From NCBI GenBank assembly GCA_900088475.1, contig FLMG01001076.1:1-34443 (forward strand): a DNA stretch of 34,443 nucleotides, in the 5' to 3' direction. Shown here one piece after another: positions 1 to 9,474 of this stretch. Numbering within the stretch: the stretch's first letter is position 1; each line of letters opens with the position of its first letter. The position numbers and the translations under genes were made by a program. Under the pieces are notes generated by a model. It did not search any database. It worked only from the letters and a program-made list of their open reading frames with translations, and was not told where the DNA came from. The DNA is from Hyphochytrium catenoides (taxonomy: Eukaryota > Protista > Hyphochytriomycota).

Positions 1-584
1 GGAAGTCCCTAGGACGTACAGGTGGCTCACTATAGAGCCAAAGGATAGAGGGAGGCTTTGGAGAATTGAAGAGATCAGGATTGTCTCATAAATGTACTGC
101 TGGTTCTCTTTCTTGTTTCTCCTTTATTTCGAAGATGTTCTTTAGAGCCTCTGTCCTCTGTTTTAGGGTGGTCAGGTGGGATCTCAGAGAGGTGGTCCCT
201 CCAGAATCAAACTCCTGCAGACGCCTGAGGACGTTGTCCCCTTCCTTTCCATCCATCTGCTCCTGCAGTTTGAGCCATCCCGCGGACGCTGATTCTTGCC
301 CTTCCAGCAGCGACAGGAGCTCATCAGAACCTAGGGGAACCAGTTTGTTGATCGTCGTCTTCCGATCATTCTTATTCCAGTTCTTCTTGCTTGTCTCTGT
401 GAAGTCCTTACTGGTGAGCGGGTCTTTGCAATCAGCCAGCAGTGTCTGACTCTCATTCTCAATGTGAACGAGGAGGTCTAACTCATCCAGGTAGCTTCGT
501 ACCCGGCTTGACCAGATAGAATTCTGGTCCTGCTGTGTAGACAGCGATATTGTGCGGATGAACTCCGCCTTCCTTTGATGTCAT
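1..584 (-). pseudogene. Ty1/Copia gag remnant (frameshifted), runs off the window start
   Basis: Manual minus-strand translation gives WSSRVRSYLDELDLL...NWNKNDRK...SASAGWLKLQEQ..., then after a frameshift ILISSILQSLPLSFGSIVSHL. This is the usual Copia gag (UBN2-type) pattern. It lies directly downstream of a PBS and LTR. Confidence 0.8.
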
Positions 585-661
585 TGTATGCGACAGGATC
601 GTCACTCTCTAGCAGCTCAAGTGAGAAGAGGAGAAGCAACAGTCACGACCAACTGTGAGTG

Positions 662-677
662 TGGGCCTAACATAACC
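662..677 (-). promoter_or_regulatory. Degenerate Copia primer-binding site (half-tRNAiMet type)
   Basis: Minus strand reads CA|GGTTATGTTAGGCCC immediately after the LTR 3' end; compare the copia-type PBS GGTTATGGGCCC. Confidence 0.6.
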
Positions 678-1011
678 TGATGAACTTTACAGAGATGGGT
701 GGCAATGCCTGAAGCTTCTGTATGAGCACAATCTAGATGAAACGATAACAAAGGGACTGGGTATTGATCTATGACTGAGATTTCTCTGAATGACTGCTGA
801 GTCCTGAGAGTCTGGTCTCGAGGTCTTTGCTCGGCCCAGCTTCCCTCATCATCTTTCTCTCCTGTGCTGTTCCTGTGTTTTTCTGGAGATTCTTTTCACA
901 TCCCTCCTTCCCATAACACAGGTGAACCCGTAACGTCTATGTCCCTGAGAGCTAGGTGTGTATAGAGAGTGACTACTGTACTACTGACAACGAACATTGT
1001 AGCACTCAACA
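678..1011 (-). mobile_element. Copia 5' LTR (334 bp)
   Basis: Minus-strand termini TGTTGA...TCATCA, followed by PBS and gag. The outer end abuts a truncated Gypsy LTR exactly at 1011/1012. Confidence 0.75.
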
Positions 1012-1111
1012 ACTAAGAGCTGTAAGAGCCTGAATGCTCCTAAGGCTTCCAGAGACTTGGAATGGATGGGTGAAGGGGTAGTTGGCTGGGTAGGGAACGT
1101 AGTTCACCACA
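1012..1111 (-). mobile_element. Truncated Gypsy LTR (first 100 bp), interrupted by the Copia insertion
   Basis: Reverse complement aligns by eye to 4069-4168 (TGTGGTGAACTACGTTCCCTACCCAGCCAACTACCCCTTCACCCATCCAT...) with scattered substitutions. Confidence 0.85.
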
Positions 1112-1173
1112 GGTGCAATTTGCAATCTCGCCAGGAGTCGAAACCCTGCATCCAACCCTTGACCAGAATAGCA

Positions 1174-1282
1174 TCCAACTTCAAGTTCAACTTCAAGTTG
1201 CACCTCAACTTCAAGTTGCACCTCAACTGGAACTCAAATTCAAGTTGAACTTCAACTGGACCTCAAATTCAAGTTGAACTTG
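1174..1282. repeat. Hexamer-period minisatellite (AACTTC/AAGTTG/CACCTC/AAATTC units)
   Basis: Directly visible ~6-bp periodicity with higher-order repeats such as AACTTCAAGTTGCACCTC x2. Confidence 0.85.
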
Positions 1283-1426
1283 AGGACGTTTCCTTGTGTC
1301 TCAGAAATTTCTTGAAACTTTCAGGGAACTCTTGCCACTTTCCCAAAGTTTCACGAGACTTTGGAGGCGTATTTTCCTCTTTATAAAAGAAGAAAAGAGA
1401 GAAGAACCACAAGGACCCAGAACCTT

Positions 1427-1641
1427 TGTTAGACTTTTAGTATTGGATGGTGTGCACTTAAATTCAAATGGGGGGTGTCTGGATATACCGGAGAGAAGTT
1501 TTGTACGCTCCGGGATTCGAACCCAGGACCTCTGTCTTTGATGCCAACACCCTAACCAGTATGCACCATACACCAAACCTACACTTTTAACTAATCTCCG
1601 TTTTCTTTATATACCAGGGCTTTCCCCTCTTCGTCGCTGTA
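1427..1641 (+). mobile_element. LTR-like repeat, copy 1, containing an antisense tRNA-like element
   Basis: Starts TGTTAGA; aligns over ~215 bp with 4968-5189 (roughly 85% by eye); lies just upstream of a same-strand Copia gag. The 3' terminus is degenerate. Confidence 0.7.
1502..1575 (-). ncRNA. tRNA-like / pseudo-tRNA Pol III cassette inside the LTR-like repeat
   Basis: A-box-like TGGTGCATACTGG, perfect B-box GGTTCGAATCC in a T-arm CTGGG-TTCGAAT-CCCGG, and TATATAAA at 1613-1606 upstream. The cloverleaf is imperfect, so it is not called a functional tRNA. Confidence 0.6.
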
Positions 1642-1690
1642 CAGTCTTTGGTTTCAGCCTCGATCACAGTTCAACACTCTTGTCTACGTC

Positions 1691-2550
1691 ATGAGCGGAG
1701 AGATGAAATGACCATGGTCAATAAGCAAGTTACAAGGCAGGGAAGACTATCCTATGTGGAGTGAGAAGATGACAGCCTGCCTATAGTCGACGGACTAGCG
1801 GCTCATATTCACCCCAAAGCAGAAGATAATGTAAAAGCGTCTGATCCACTGCAGTGGGAGCTGAAAGATGATCAAGACCATAGCATAATTATACTGTGCG
1901 TGGAGGACAAACTTTTCTCTGCCATCAGATGAATGTCTGCCAGACAAGCATGGGTCAAACTTTAGCAAATGTTTGAAAGTCGCAATTTGACAACATAGTT
2001 ACTACCATAATGGGATATCTTACCAACAAACAACAAGATGTAGCCACCTTCCAGCCTTTCTTGCAGAACAAAGACGCAGATGGGATTTCATCGAGGAGAT
2101 GATGCAAATGAAGGATTTCAAGGACAAGCTACTACTATGACCAGAATACTGATGAACCTACCAGACTCTCTGAAGGCGCCAGTAGATGTCATTCACCTTC
2201 AAGGAACTGGAAACCTGACCACTGATCAGTTGGAAGAGTATTTGATGAACGATGTTCACCGCCAACAAGCTCAGGAAGCTAAAACAGCCAACAAGGCAGA
2301 CGATTCGGCTATGCCCCATGTCGCTGCAAACGCACTTGCATCTGGCCAAACACGTCCAAACAAAGAAAAGCCGCAACTGAACGTCTGCCCTCATTACAAG
2401 CGTCGAGGAAGACACAAACCAGAAGCATGTTGGGAACTAGCTAAGAACGCGCATCTTCGGCCATCATGGTCTCTCAAGCACACCCGTAAAGAGAAGAGCG
2501 TACCAGCCAACGACTCAACCGCACTATTTGCACAATTTGTTGGATCCTAA
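1691..2550 (+). pseudogene. Ty1/Copia gag remnant with stops/frameshifts and a degenerate zinc knuckle
   Basis: KLQGREDYPMWSEKMTACL (Copia gag N-terminal motif) near 1727-1783. ORF 2080-2550 has ILMNLPDSL and CPHYKRRGRHKPEACW (CCHC knuckle with one C>Y) followed by HLRPSW. Confidence 0.8.
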
Positions 2551-2836
2551 TAACGAAAAGAGCAAACTAATAACCTCTCTCGGAGGAGCTTCCGCTTACT
2601 CAATCAACACCGCATAAACCCGATAGGGCCAAATCTATCACTCGATAGGGCCAAATCTATCGGATGGGAAGTGAATTCGGCATATACTCCTTTTTCCGAG
2701 ACCTTAGCAACGTCAGGATTGTAAGAACAGTAAGGTTCTTACGAAGCGAGTGCACGGAGTAAGCGAAGGTTCTTGCTAGTAAGAGGTTGTCAGATATCTT
2801 CTAAGGTCAATGGGGGTGACACTGTTGTTGATGTCA

Positions 2837-3181
2837 NNNNNNNNNNNNNNNNNNNNNNNNNNNNNNNNNNNNNNNNNNNNNNNNNNNNNNNNNNNNNNNN
2901 NNNNNNNNNNNNNNNNNNNNNNNNNNNNNNNNNNNNNNNNNNNNNNNNNNNNNNNNNNNNNNNNNNNNNNNNNNNNNNNNNNNNNNNNNNNNNNNNNNNN
3001 NNNNNNNNNNNNNNNNNNNNNNNNNNNNNNNNNNNNNNNNNNNNNNNNNNNNNNNNNNNNNNNNNNNNNNNNNNNNNNNNNNNNNNNNNNNNNNNNNNNN
3101 NNNNNNNNNNNNNNNNNNNNNNNNNNNNNNNNNNNNNNNNNNNNNNNNNNNNNNNNNNNNNNNNNNNNNNNNNNNNNNNNN
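2837..3181. other. Assembly gap (345 N)
   Basis: Run of N. Confidence 1.
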
Positions 3182-3243
3182 GAAACTTGGGTAGTTAAGC
3201 TTGCCAACTTGTAGGCCACATAGCTGTGGCCTCAGACTCCAAC

Positions 3244-3854
3244 AGGAGGTAGAGCCGCGAGTGCCTGGGGATCTGCTGTTCCGGAACAAGGACACGATGC
3301 GCACCAGGTTTCCTTCTACAGCTGATTATATCACGTATCTTAAGGGTCACTTTCGGCAGAGCTTACTCAGGGCTCGGGCTCATCATCACGGAAGCGGATC
3401 GCGTGGATGGAGGAGGGACTACGCACGTTTGCCCTTTGTGGCAAAGCGCCTCCGACCTCTTCCAGCTCCGCCACTTATTCCGTTAGCGCCGGGTGACAGA
3501 GTTTGGCGCTATATTCCTAGTAAGGGAGGCGCAGGCACATCGCCGAAGTTAGCGAAGTGCTGGTGGGGACCCTATGAGGTGCTGCGCCCGGAAGGTCCTC
3601 TGACCTATCGTATCCGTGGGGCTGTGGAGCACAAAGCTGCTGGCAATGTCCTCTGGAAGGAGGTTAAGGTCCATCGAAAACACCTTCGATTGATTCAGCT
3701 TCCAGCCATCGGTCCACAGGAAGCAGTGAGTACGACAAACACGATTGGACCCGTGGTCCGATTACTCGTACACGTGGAACTTGGGGCCCAAGGAGGCCTC
3801 GCGCGAGAGGTGCAGCAAGGCATAGTGGCAGTAAGAAGGAGAGTTGTTTATTAA
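3244..3854 (+). pseudogene. Ty3/Gypsy integrase C-terminal fragment (GPY/F module)
   Basis: ORF 3201-3854 contains LAPGDRVWRY...SPKLAKCWWGPYEVLRPEGPLTYRI...KVHRKHLR, the Gypsy integrase GPY/F signature. Confidence 0.85.
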
Positions 3855-4043
3855 GTAGTTATGATGCATACATGGTTTTCCCACTTTCTGAGGGGTGAGT
3901 GGTTTTTGGTCCAGCCTGTATCATCGCAGTGCATGTTCTGTCAGTTGTCGTTTTTAAGTCAGTCAGTCTTGGTTGTAGGAGTAAGGATTTACTTGGGAAG
4001 AACTAAGTGATCAGCCCCGTGCGGGAGGGGGTGGGAACTCCGA

Positions 4044-4238
4044 AGGGGGGAGGATTTAGGGAGGGGCGTGTGGTGAACTACGTTCCCTACCCAGCCAACT
4101 ACCCCTTCACCCATCCATCCCAGATCTCTGCGAGCCTCAGGACCATTCAGGCTTTTACAGCTCCTAGTATAGATGCTGACTTGTATAACCTTATTAATAA
4201 TCACTAAGTTTTTCCCCGTCACCAGAAACATCGCCACA
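4044..4238 (+). mobile_element. Gypsy polypurine tract plus 170-bp 3' LTR (4069-4238)
   Basis: Purine-rich AAGGGGGGAGGATTTAGGGAGGGG directly before TGTGGTGA...TCGCCACA inverted termini; downstream of the integrase end; second partial copy at 1012-1111. Confidence 0.8.
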
Positions 4239-4794
4239 CATCTGATTGATATAATACTACAACCCCCTGCAATTTGCATGCAAATTGCGTCTGCGATGCG
4301 TCTGCGGTTTACTCCATGATAAATTGCACCCATAAATTGCACCTGGGGAGGCATAAAGATTGAGGATAGAAGGCCAAGAGTCCCTTCAGTTCTGGTATCA
4401 GAATGATTATAACACCCCACCCTAAGAATTCACCGTGATAACAACCAACCACAGGACGTACACAGGTGTGAGATTCGTTTCTAACCTAAGCCTTAACCGG
4501 CAAGCATTCACCAACAGCAACAATGGTCGATGATACATCATCGCAGCAAAGATGATAGACATTGATGGTGGGGGTGGTTCGCTCTTCGATGATGGCGGGG
4601 CCGTGATGTGCCTTCTCTCCTCCGTGCCGCTAGTAGCTGCTACCCTCCTGCACCTACACTATCTTTCGCCTTGCTGCTGCTGATATTGACTGCAGCTGGG
4701 TGGTGGTGACATCCGTTCGGTGGTGAAAACGCAGTTAGCGGGCTCTTCTTCTTTCTTTTATAAAATTCTTCATCACTTCTGAAGAAGCAGCACA

Positions 4795-5260
4795 ATGCCG
4801 AAGCCCAGGTCATGCATGGGCTTGGGTTCACTTCACCCAGTATACTCCTTCTAGAGAGGATGGTACTATACATGAGGATGGCGGAGGAAAGTGGCGACAA
4901 CAAGAGGCAGCAGAAGGCCAGATGTAACTTTTGTGGCCATATCTTGACCAAAGATGCGAAGAGAATGTGTTAGAATTTTATCATTGGATGGTGAGCACTT
5001 TAAATTGATATTGGGGGTGTCTGGATATACTAGAGAGAAGTTTTGTACGCTCCGGGTTAGAACCCAGGACCGCTGTCTTTGATGCAGACACTCGCTAACC
5101 AGTATGCACCATACATCAAACGTACACTTTTACTAAACTCCGTTTTGTTTATATACCAGGGTCTTTCCCCTCTGCGTCGTCCGCTGTAATCTCCAATGAT
5201 TGAGCTCCTAGCTGACCAGCCACAAGAGGAGGAAAGGACGACCGCACATCCTCCAGCGGC
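4795..5260 (+). pseudogene. BED zinc-finger fragment (hAT-transposase-like N-terminus) split by LTR-like copy 2
   Basis: Across frameshifts: MPKPRS..AWVHFTQ..KARCNFCGHILTKDAKRM | insertion | IELLAD. CTC (Leu) is one base from CAC (His), which would restore RMIEHL. Confidence 0.55.
4968..5195 (+). mobile_element. LTR-like repeat, copy 2 (solo), with antisense tRNA-like element
   Basis: Starts TGTTAGA and ends about TCTCCA; flanked by GAATG / (C)AATG, an imperfect TSD; homologous to 1427-1641. Confidence 0.7.
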
Positions 5261-5612
5261 AATATCGTGGTCACAAGGGGTTCAATCTTCATCTCGGAGA
5301 GATTCTACTACCGAGCGCGTTGTCTCTTTATGAAGTTCTATGCCAAGTGGTGGGTAGTGGCTGAAGCTGCCCCCGAAAGGTGTGCGACTTTTTGCTTCGA
5401 AAGTAGAGGTAGGATGGGTGCAAATCGGCGGACTTTTGTCTCTCCAAGCGTGGAGTGTGCGTAGGACCACAAGGCCTTCACGGGCGATAAGCTCAAGAGT
5501 GCATTGTCGTAGGTGGTGGTCATTGAGTAGGTAGAAAAGCAGGCAATGATGATGACTCATGATATTAATACTGTTGAGGATAATGTGACAAGCTATGGGG
5601 AACAAAACATAA

Positions 5613-5704
5613 TAAAGATAACTCCTCTTTCATGTCAGCAAGCCTGGCGATGACAAACTAAAGATAGCTCCTCTTTCATGTCAGCAAGCCTGGTGATGAC
5701 AAAC
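5613..5704. repeat. 46-bp tandem duplication (2 copies, 2 mismatches)
   Basis: TAAAGATA(A/G)CTCCTCTTTCATGTCAGCAAGCCTGG(C/T)GATGACAAAC x2. Confidence 0.95.
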
Positions 5705-6835
5705 GTAGAGGGCAAGGGCCTAGTAGGCCAGAGTAGTGGAAAACTGTTCTTTATATGAACAAGGAATTACATGAATAGGTTGGGGAATGCGTCAATATAG
5801 AAGTAGCTAATCTAGGTGTACGACGAGGTGAGAAAGACATTAAAGGCTTCTGACACTGATGATCTTTACATAACCTTCTTCTGAGCCTTATAAAAGAGTT
5901 GGATATAGATAGATCTTCTGATCTTCTTCATGATGTTAGGACCCACTATCACTCCGCAGTATGATCATCATTATAATATCGTCATCATACTTAATATTTT
6001 CATACCCTAGGATCTTTCTATTGAGTGATTATTACTAATATGAATAGAAAGAGATCAGACACGGGACGCCAGCGGCGAGCCTGGCGCACCACAGAGAGCC
6101 TAGTTTAGGGCATGATGACCCAGCTCCAGCACCACTGCCTCCCTCTTTAGCAGGGATAGTGGCGGACAAGGGGCAGGGCTGCCCAAGGGGGCGGTGTCAA
6201 TGTAACTTCACTGGAGGCCTCACCACCCATACAGCCATCATTAAAAAAAAAAATCTATACCCCGTAATAAATAGAATAGGGCATCTTAGACATACAACTG
6301 TGCAGGGACCTGAAGCCATTCTTTTACTATGGGACTTTTACCATAAATTGATATGCCTGGGCCGCCCGCCTGGTCCAATTCCTGTCTATTCCGTGGCAGA
6401 ATGGTTTGGGAAGTCTTCTAACATTTGGTGACGCCCTGCCGCCCGGCCTCCTAATTTTGTCGCCCCGCGGGAAATGTGAAAAGGGAGAGGACGTCAACCC
6501 TTCTGGTCCCTGGTTGGCTCAGCGGCCTCCTCAGAACAAGTATCCAGACCTGGAGGAGGCGTGGGCCGATAGCCTGTTGAATATGTTGGGATGATTGGAC
6601 AATGTCATTAGATGAGAGTGCTCTACTTATAAGCCCAACTGGGGTCCCACAATCTAGAGCTATTCTGACTATGCCAACTACTCCGAATAAACCCTAATAT
6701 ATTCAGTCATAGTGATATTCTTGTCCAGAACAGTCAGGCCTGAAGGTATTCCGAAGTACTGACAATAAGCGATAGATATAAACAGGGACATTTGGTTGGC
6801 TTCAGCATTCGGCTTCTACTGGGAGTTTGGAGCTG

Positions 6836-6899
6836 GAACTTGAGTACTTAAGCTTGGATAGCTCGTAATCCACAGAGCTGCCGTCCTCAGACTCCAACG
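6836..6899 (+). repeat. Dispersed repeat fragment homologous to 3182-3243
   Basis: AACTTG(A/G)GTA(C/G)TTAAGCTTG...CCACA(G/T)AGCTG...CCTCAGACTCCAAC is shared by both sites. Confidence 0.75.
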
Positions 6900-9474
6900 A
6901 AAAGAAAGCTATGCTTAATGTTTTTTAGGATCTTGTCACGCATGACGTATCAAGTTACAAATGAAGATGCGTCACTCAGAAACGCTGTATTGTAGTTGGC
7001 GCATGAATAAAGTGGTGATACATCAGCAAGTAACAGCAGATAGTGTAATAATTTAATCCGCACTACTAGCTCCGAGCGAGCTCTAGGGAGGACAAATCCT
7101 AAAGCTTATTGATATAACTGCTCTTTATCCTTCTGCATCTTGCTCCATAGAGTACATGCTCGCCGTTTCATGTTCTCCTGTCCTTATTTCGAGATTGTTG
7201 GTTAGCATTTTTTGTCATATCTCTGTAACTTTGAAGTTAGTAGTAGTTTGAAAGGCCATTTCCTGAACTATCCTAGTTCCCTCCACCCACGAGATAGATA
7301 TCAGCTTTGGAGAAACAACACTCAATTGTTGATCATTTTCTTCTCCTTTTTTGGTACCTTTTTCCCTTGGCTAGCATTTTGTCGTCGTCCTTGCTCACTC
7401 AATGGTCCAATTGCTCGTTTATACGTTCTCCTGTAGTGTTCTGCCATTCCTCGAACTCCTCTTCATTCTTTACTTAATTGGTGTTAACAGCAGCAGTAGA
7501 GTCGTTACACCAGTGCCCTCCAGGATGGGTCTTCGTTTATTTTGTGCAGTGCATCATCCTTCCCGTTCTTCCTCTCTAATCAAACGCCTGGTTCACTTGT
7601 TCATTTATCTTATTTATATTTCTATTGGACTACAATGTGGTAGACGTGAATTCAACAAGGTGATCATCCAAGCTCCCGCATTGTCGATTTTTCTTCTGCA
7701 TCCTAACAGCATCTAGTCCTTATGAATCCTTGTCATAGCATGTGCAGGTCCTACCTGGTTGTTGAGAACCTTCACTTTATCCGTTAGGTGTGATGTCCTT
7801 TGGCTGGCTCTTCCTTCCTCCTTCTTGTGGCATGAGTATTGATTATTACTGGTAGGTAGGAGATCCTTACAATTCTTTATGTCCACCATGACTATCTACT
7901 AGCAACCGTGCTTATAATCTGTCCACGATTGCGACGCGGCAGGCCGTTCTTCATAGTCTTTGATGAGCTGGTCCCTGATTTCCAGGAAGTAGAGATACAA
8001 GAGCTTCCCACCACTACTGTGAGGAACAGTGGCAATGATTTTTTGGCCAGGGTCCACTTGATGGATATGTTGGAGCAAGGAAGTATAATGCTGCACATAA
8101 CACGGCTGCTGGTTGGGTGAGCAGTGTCCTGCCAGTCTGATGAGGCGATGGTAACAACACAACAACACCACTGAAGTTTGCGGGAACTTCTTTGTTGATA
8201 AAAGATAGGGACGAACGAGGATTCGAAACTAAGTCCTACTGCCCTAAGGACAGAAAGGGCTGCGACAAGAAATAAAGTCATCGCGGGCCACCAAGCGTGC
8301 ACTGCCCATCGCTGCATTTGAGTACCTGCATAGCAACTCCTTCTTTTGTTATCATATTTTGGATTTCAGTGATTAGACAATTTGATAAATAAAGCGAGCA
8401 GGGATGACGCAAATGGACAGGTTTTTACCCGTTCTATCCGTAGGGCATCCGCGACTTTCCTAGGCTCTTTAGTCTGGGTATACAGTAGACCTCTTCTGGG
8501 ATGGCTTCGCTCTCCCCGCCATCAGCACTAACAAGAAGGAAGGTTCATTCGCATCATCCCGGCCCGCCCTTTCATTCCCGCAGTCTCTTATCTTCTTCGT
8601 CACCACTTATACTCTGCTTTTAAAGTTAAAGCCTCTCTTCAGCTGATTTCCCATCATCTTCATTCGAATCTTTTCTGCTTTTCAATAAGCTAAAATGTCA
8701 CACAGAACGTCGAATGTCCTCTTTTTTCACTTTAGTTTCGTCTTTCCTCTCATCAAGTGATGAGGTCGAGTCTCACTTTATCTTTCCGACGAGGAATGCA
8801 GTGGGAGAATATGCTACACATGAAGAGCGTCCTCCCTCGTCTCTCTAGGTAACATCTTAGGTGCATCCTAATGAGAGGAAGATAAAGAATCGCCTGTGTC
8901 CATCGGGCGATGTAGCAGATTCTATCGAACTAAGCATTGCAACGACCCTTGCTCAGCGGACAGGAACAGAAGATCTGCAATAAAGGTATCATCATAGATA
9001 TATAGCCAAATTGATGAGAAGAAACTCCTCTTGTATAGAATCCCTCCCTGTAGAGCCTGACGTACAGCAGAACCAGCGGTGGTGAAGGCGATGACACCTG
9101 GTAGGCTTCAGGGGTTGCACCAATTCTAAGCCGATGTATAATTTTTTAGTTGCGAGCCTTCTGCAGAGTTATAAAATGCTACAATGTTCTTCCATTGGCT
9201 TTGATCAGTAGCTGACTCTCTACTTGCTGACATAGACAAACACTAAAACAGTTTACTGAGCGCGTCTCCAGTCATGCACTGAGCTCCACTCGGGAAATTG
9301 GCCGAGTTGATAGGAGAATGAGTCCTCCTGCTGCCAAGGAAGTGCTGCGTGTTTCTCACAGGGGCTAGGTATTAGGAGCTCTGTTCAACTAAGCGGGCTT
9401 AGGACCTCTGTTGCGCTAAGCGTCCGCTGTTTTGTCCGCCGATCATGCACTAAATATCACGTCTTTATTAGGGG

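Noticed and set aside
677-742. Hammerhead ribozyme (CTGATGA...GAAAC)
   Set aside because: CTGATGA straddles the LTR/PBS boundary and the required stems do not close around the core.
1174-1282. CRISPR-like array
   Set aside because: No unique spacers, eukaryotic context and no cas genes; it is a minisatellite.
1502-1575. Functional tRNA gene
   Set aside because: Acceptor and D-arm spacing and the anticodon arm are non-canonical, the copies are diverged, and both are embedded in a mobile repeat.
2773-3304. ORFs spanning the N run
   Set aside because: Artefacts of the assembly gap.
4393-4402. TGGTATCAGA, an iMet-type PBS
   Set aside because: Only a 10-nt match, not directly after a definable LTR end, and no gag follows.
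1427-5195. The two tRNA-bearing LTR copies as the paired 5' and 3' LTRs of one element
   Set aside because: Copy 2 has its own near-TSD and splits a BED-finger ORF; no shared TSD with copy 1 (ACCTT). The GHILTK before copy 2 is better read as part of CNFCGHILTK than as RNase H ADILTK.
6150-6800. hAT-MITE-like start (AGTGGCGGA), pogo-like KYPDLEEA and Tc1-like LTVLDKNITMTEYIRV fragments
   Set aside because: Short, mutually inconsistent resemblances with no matching TIR pair; cannot be classified by eye.
6900-8340. Possible further minus-strand gag/protease remnant
   Set aside because: Only vague motif-like fragments among many stops; not supportable without a profile search.
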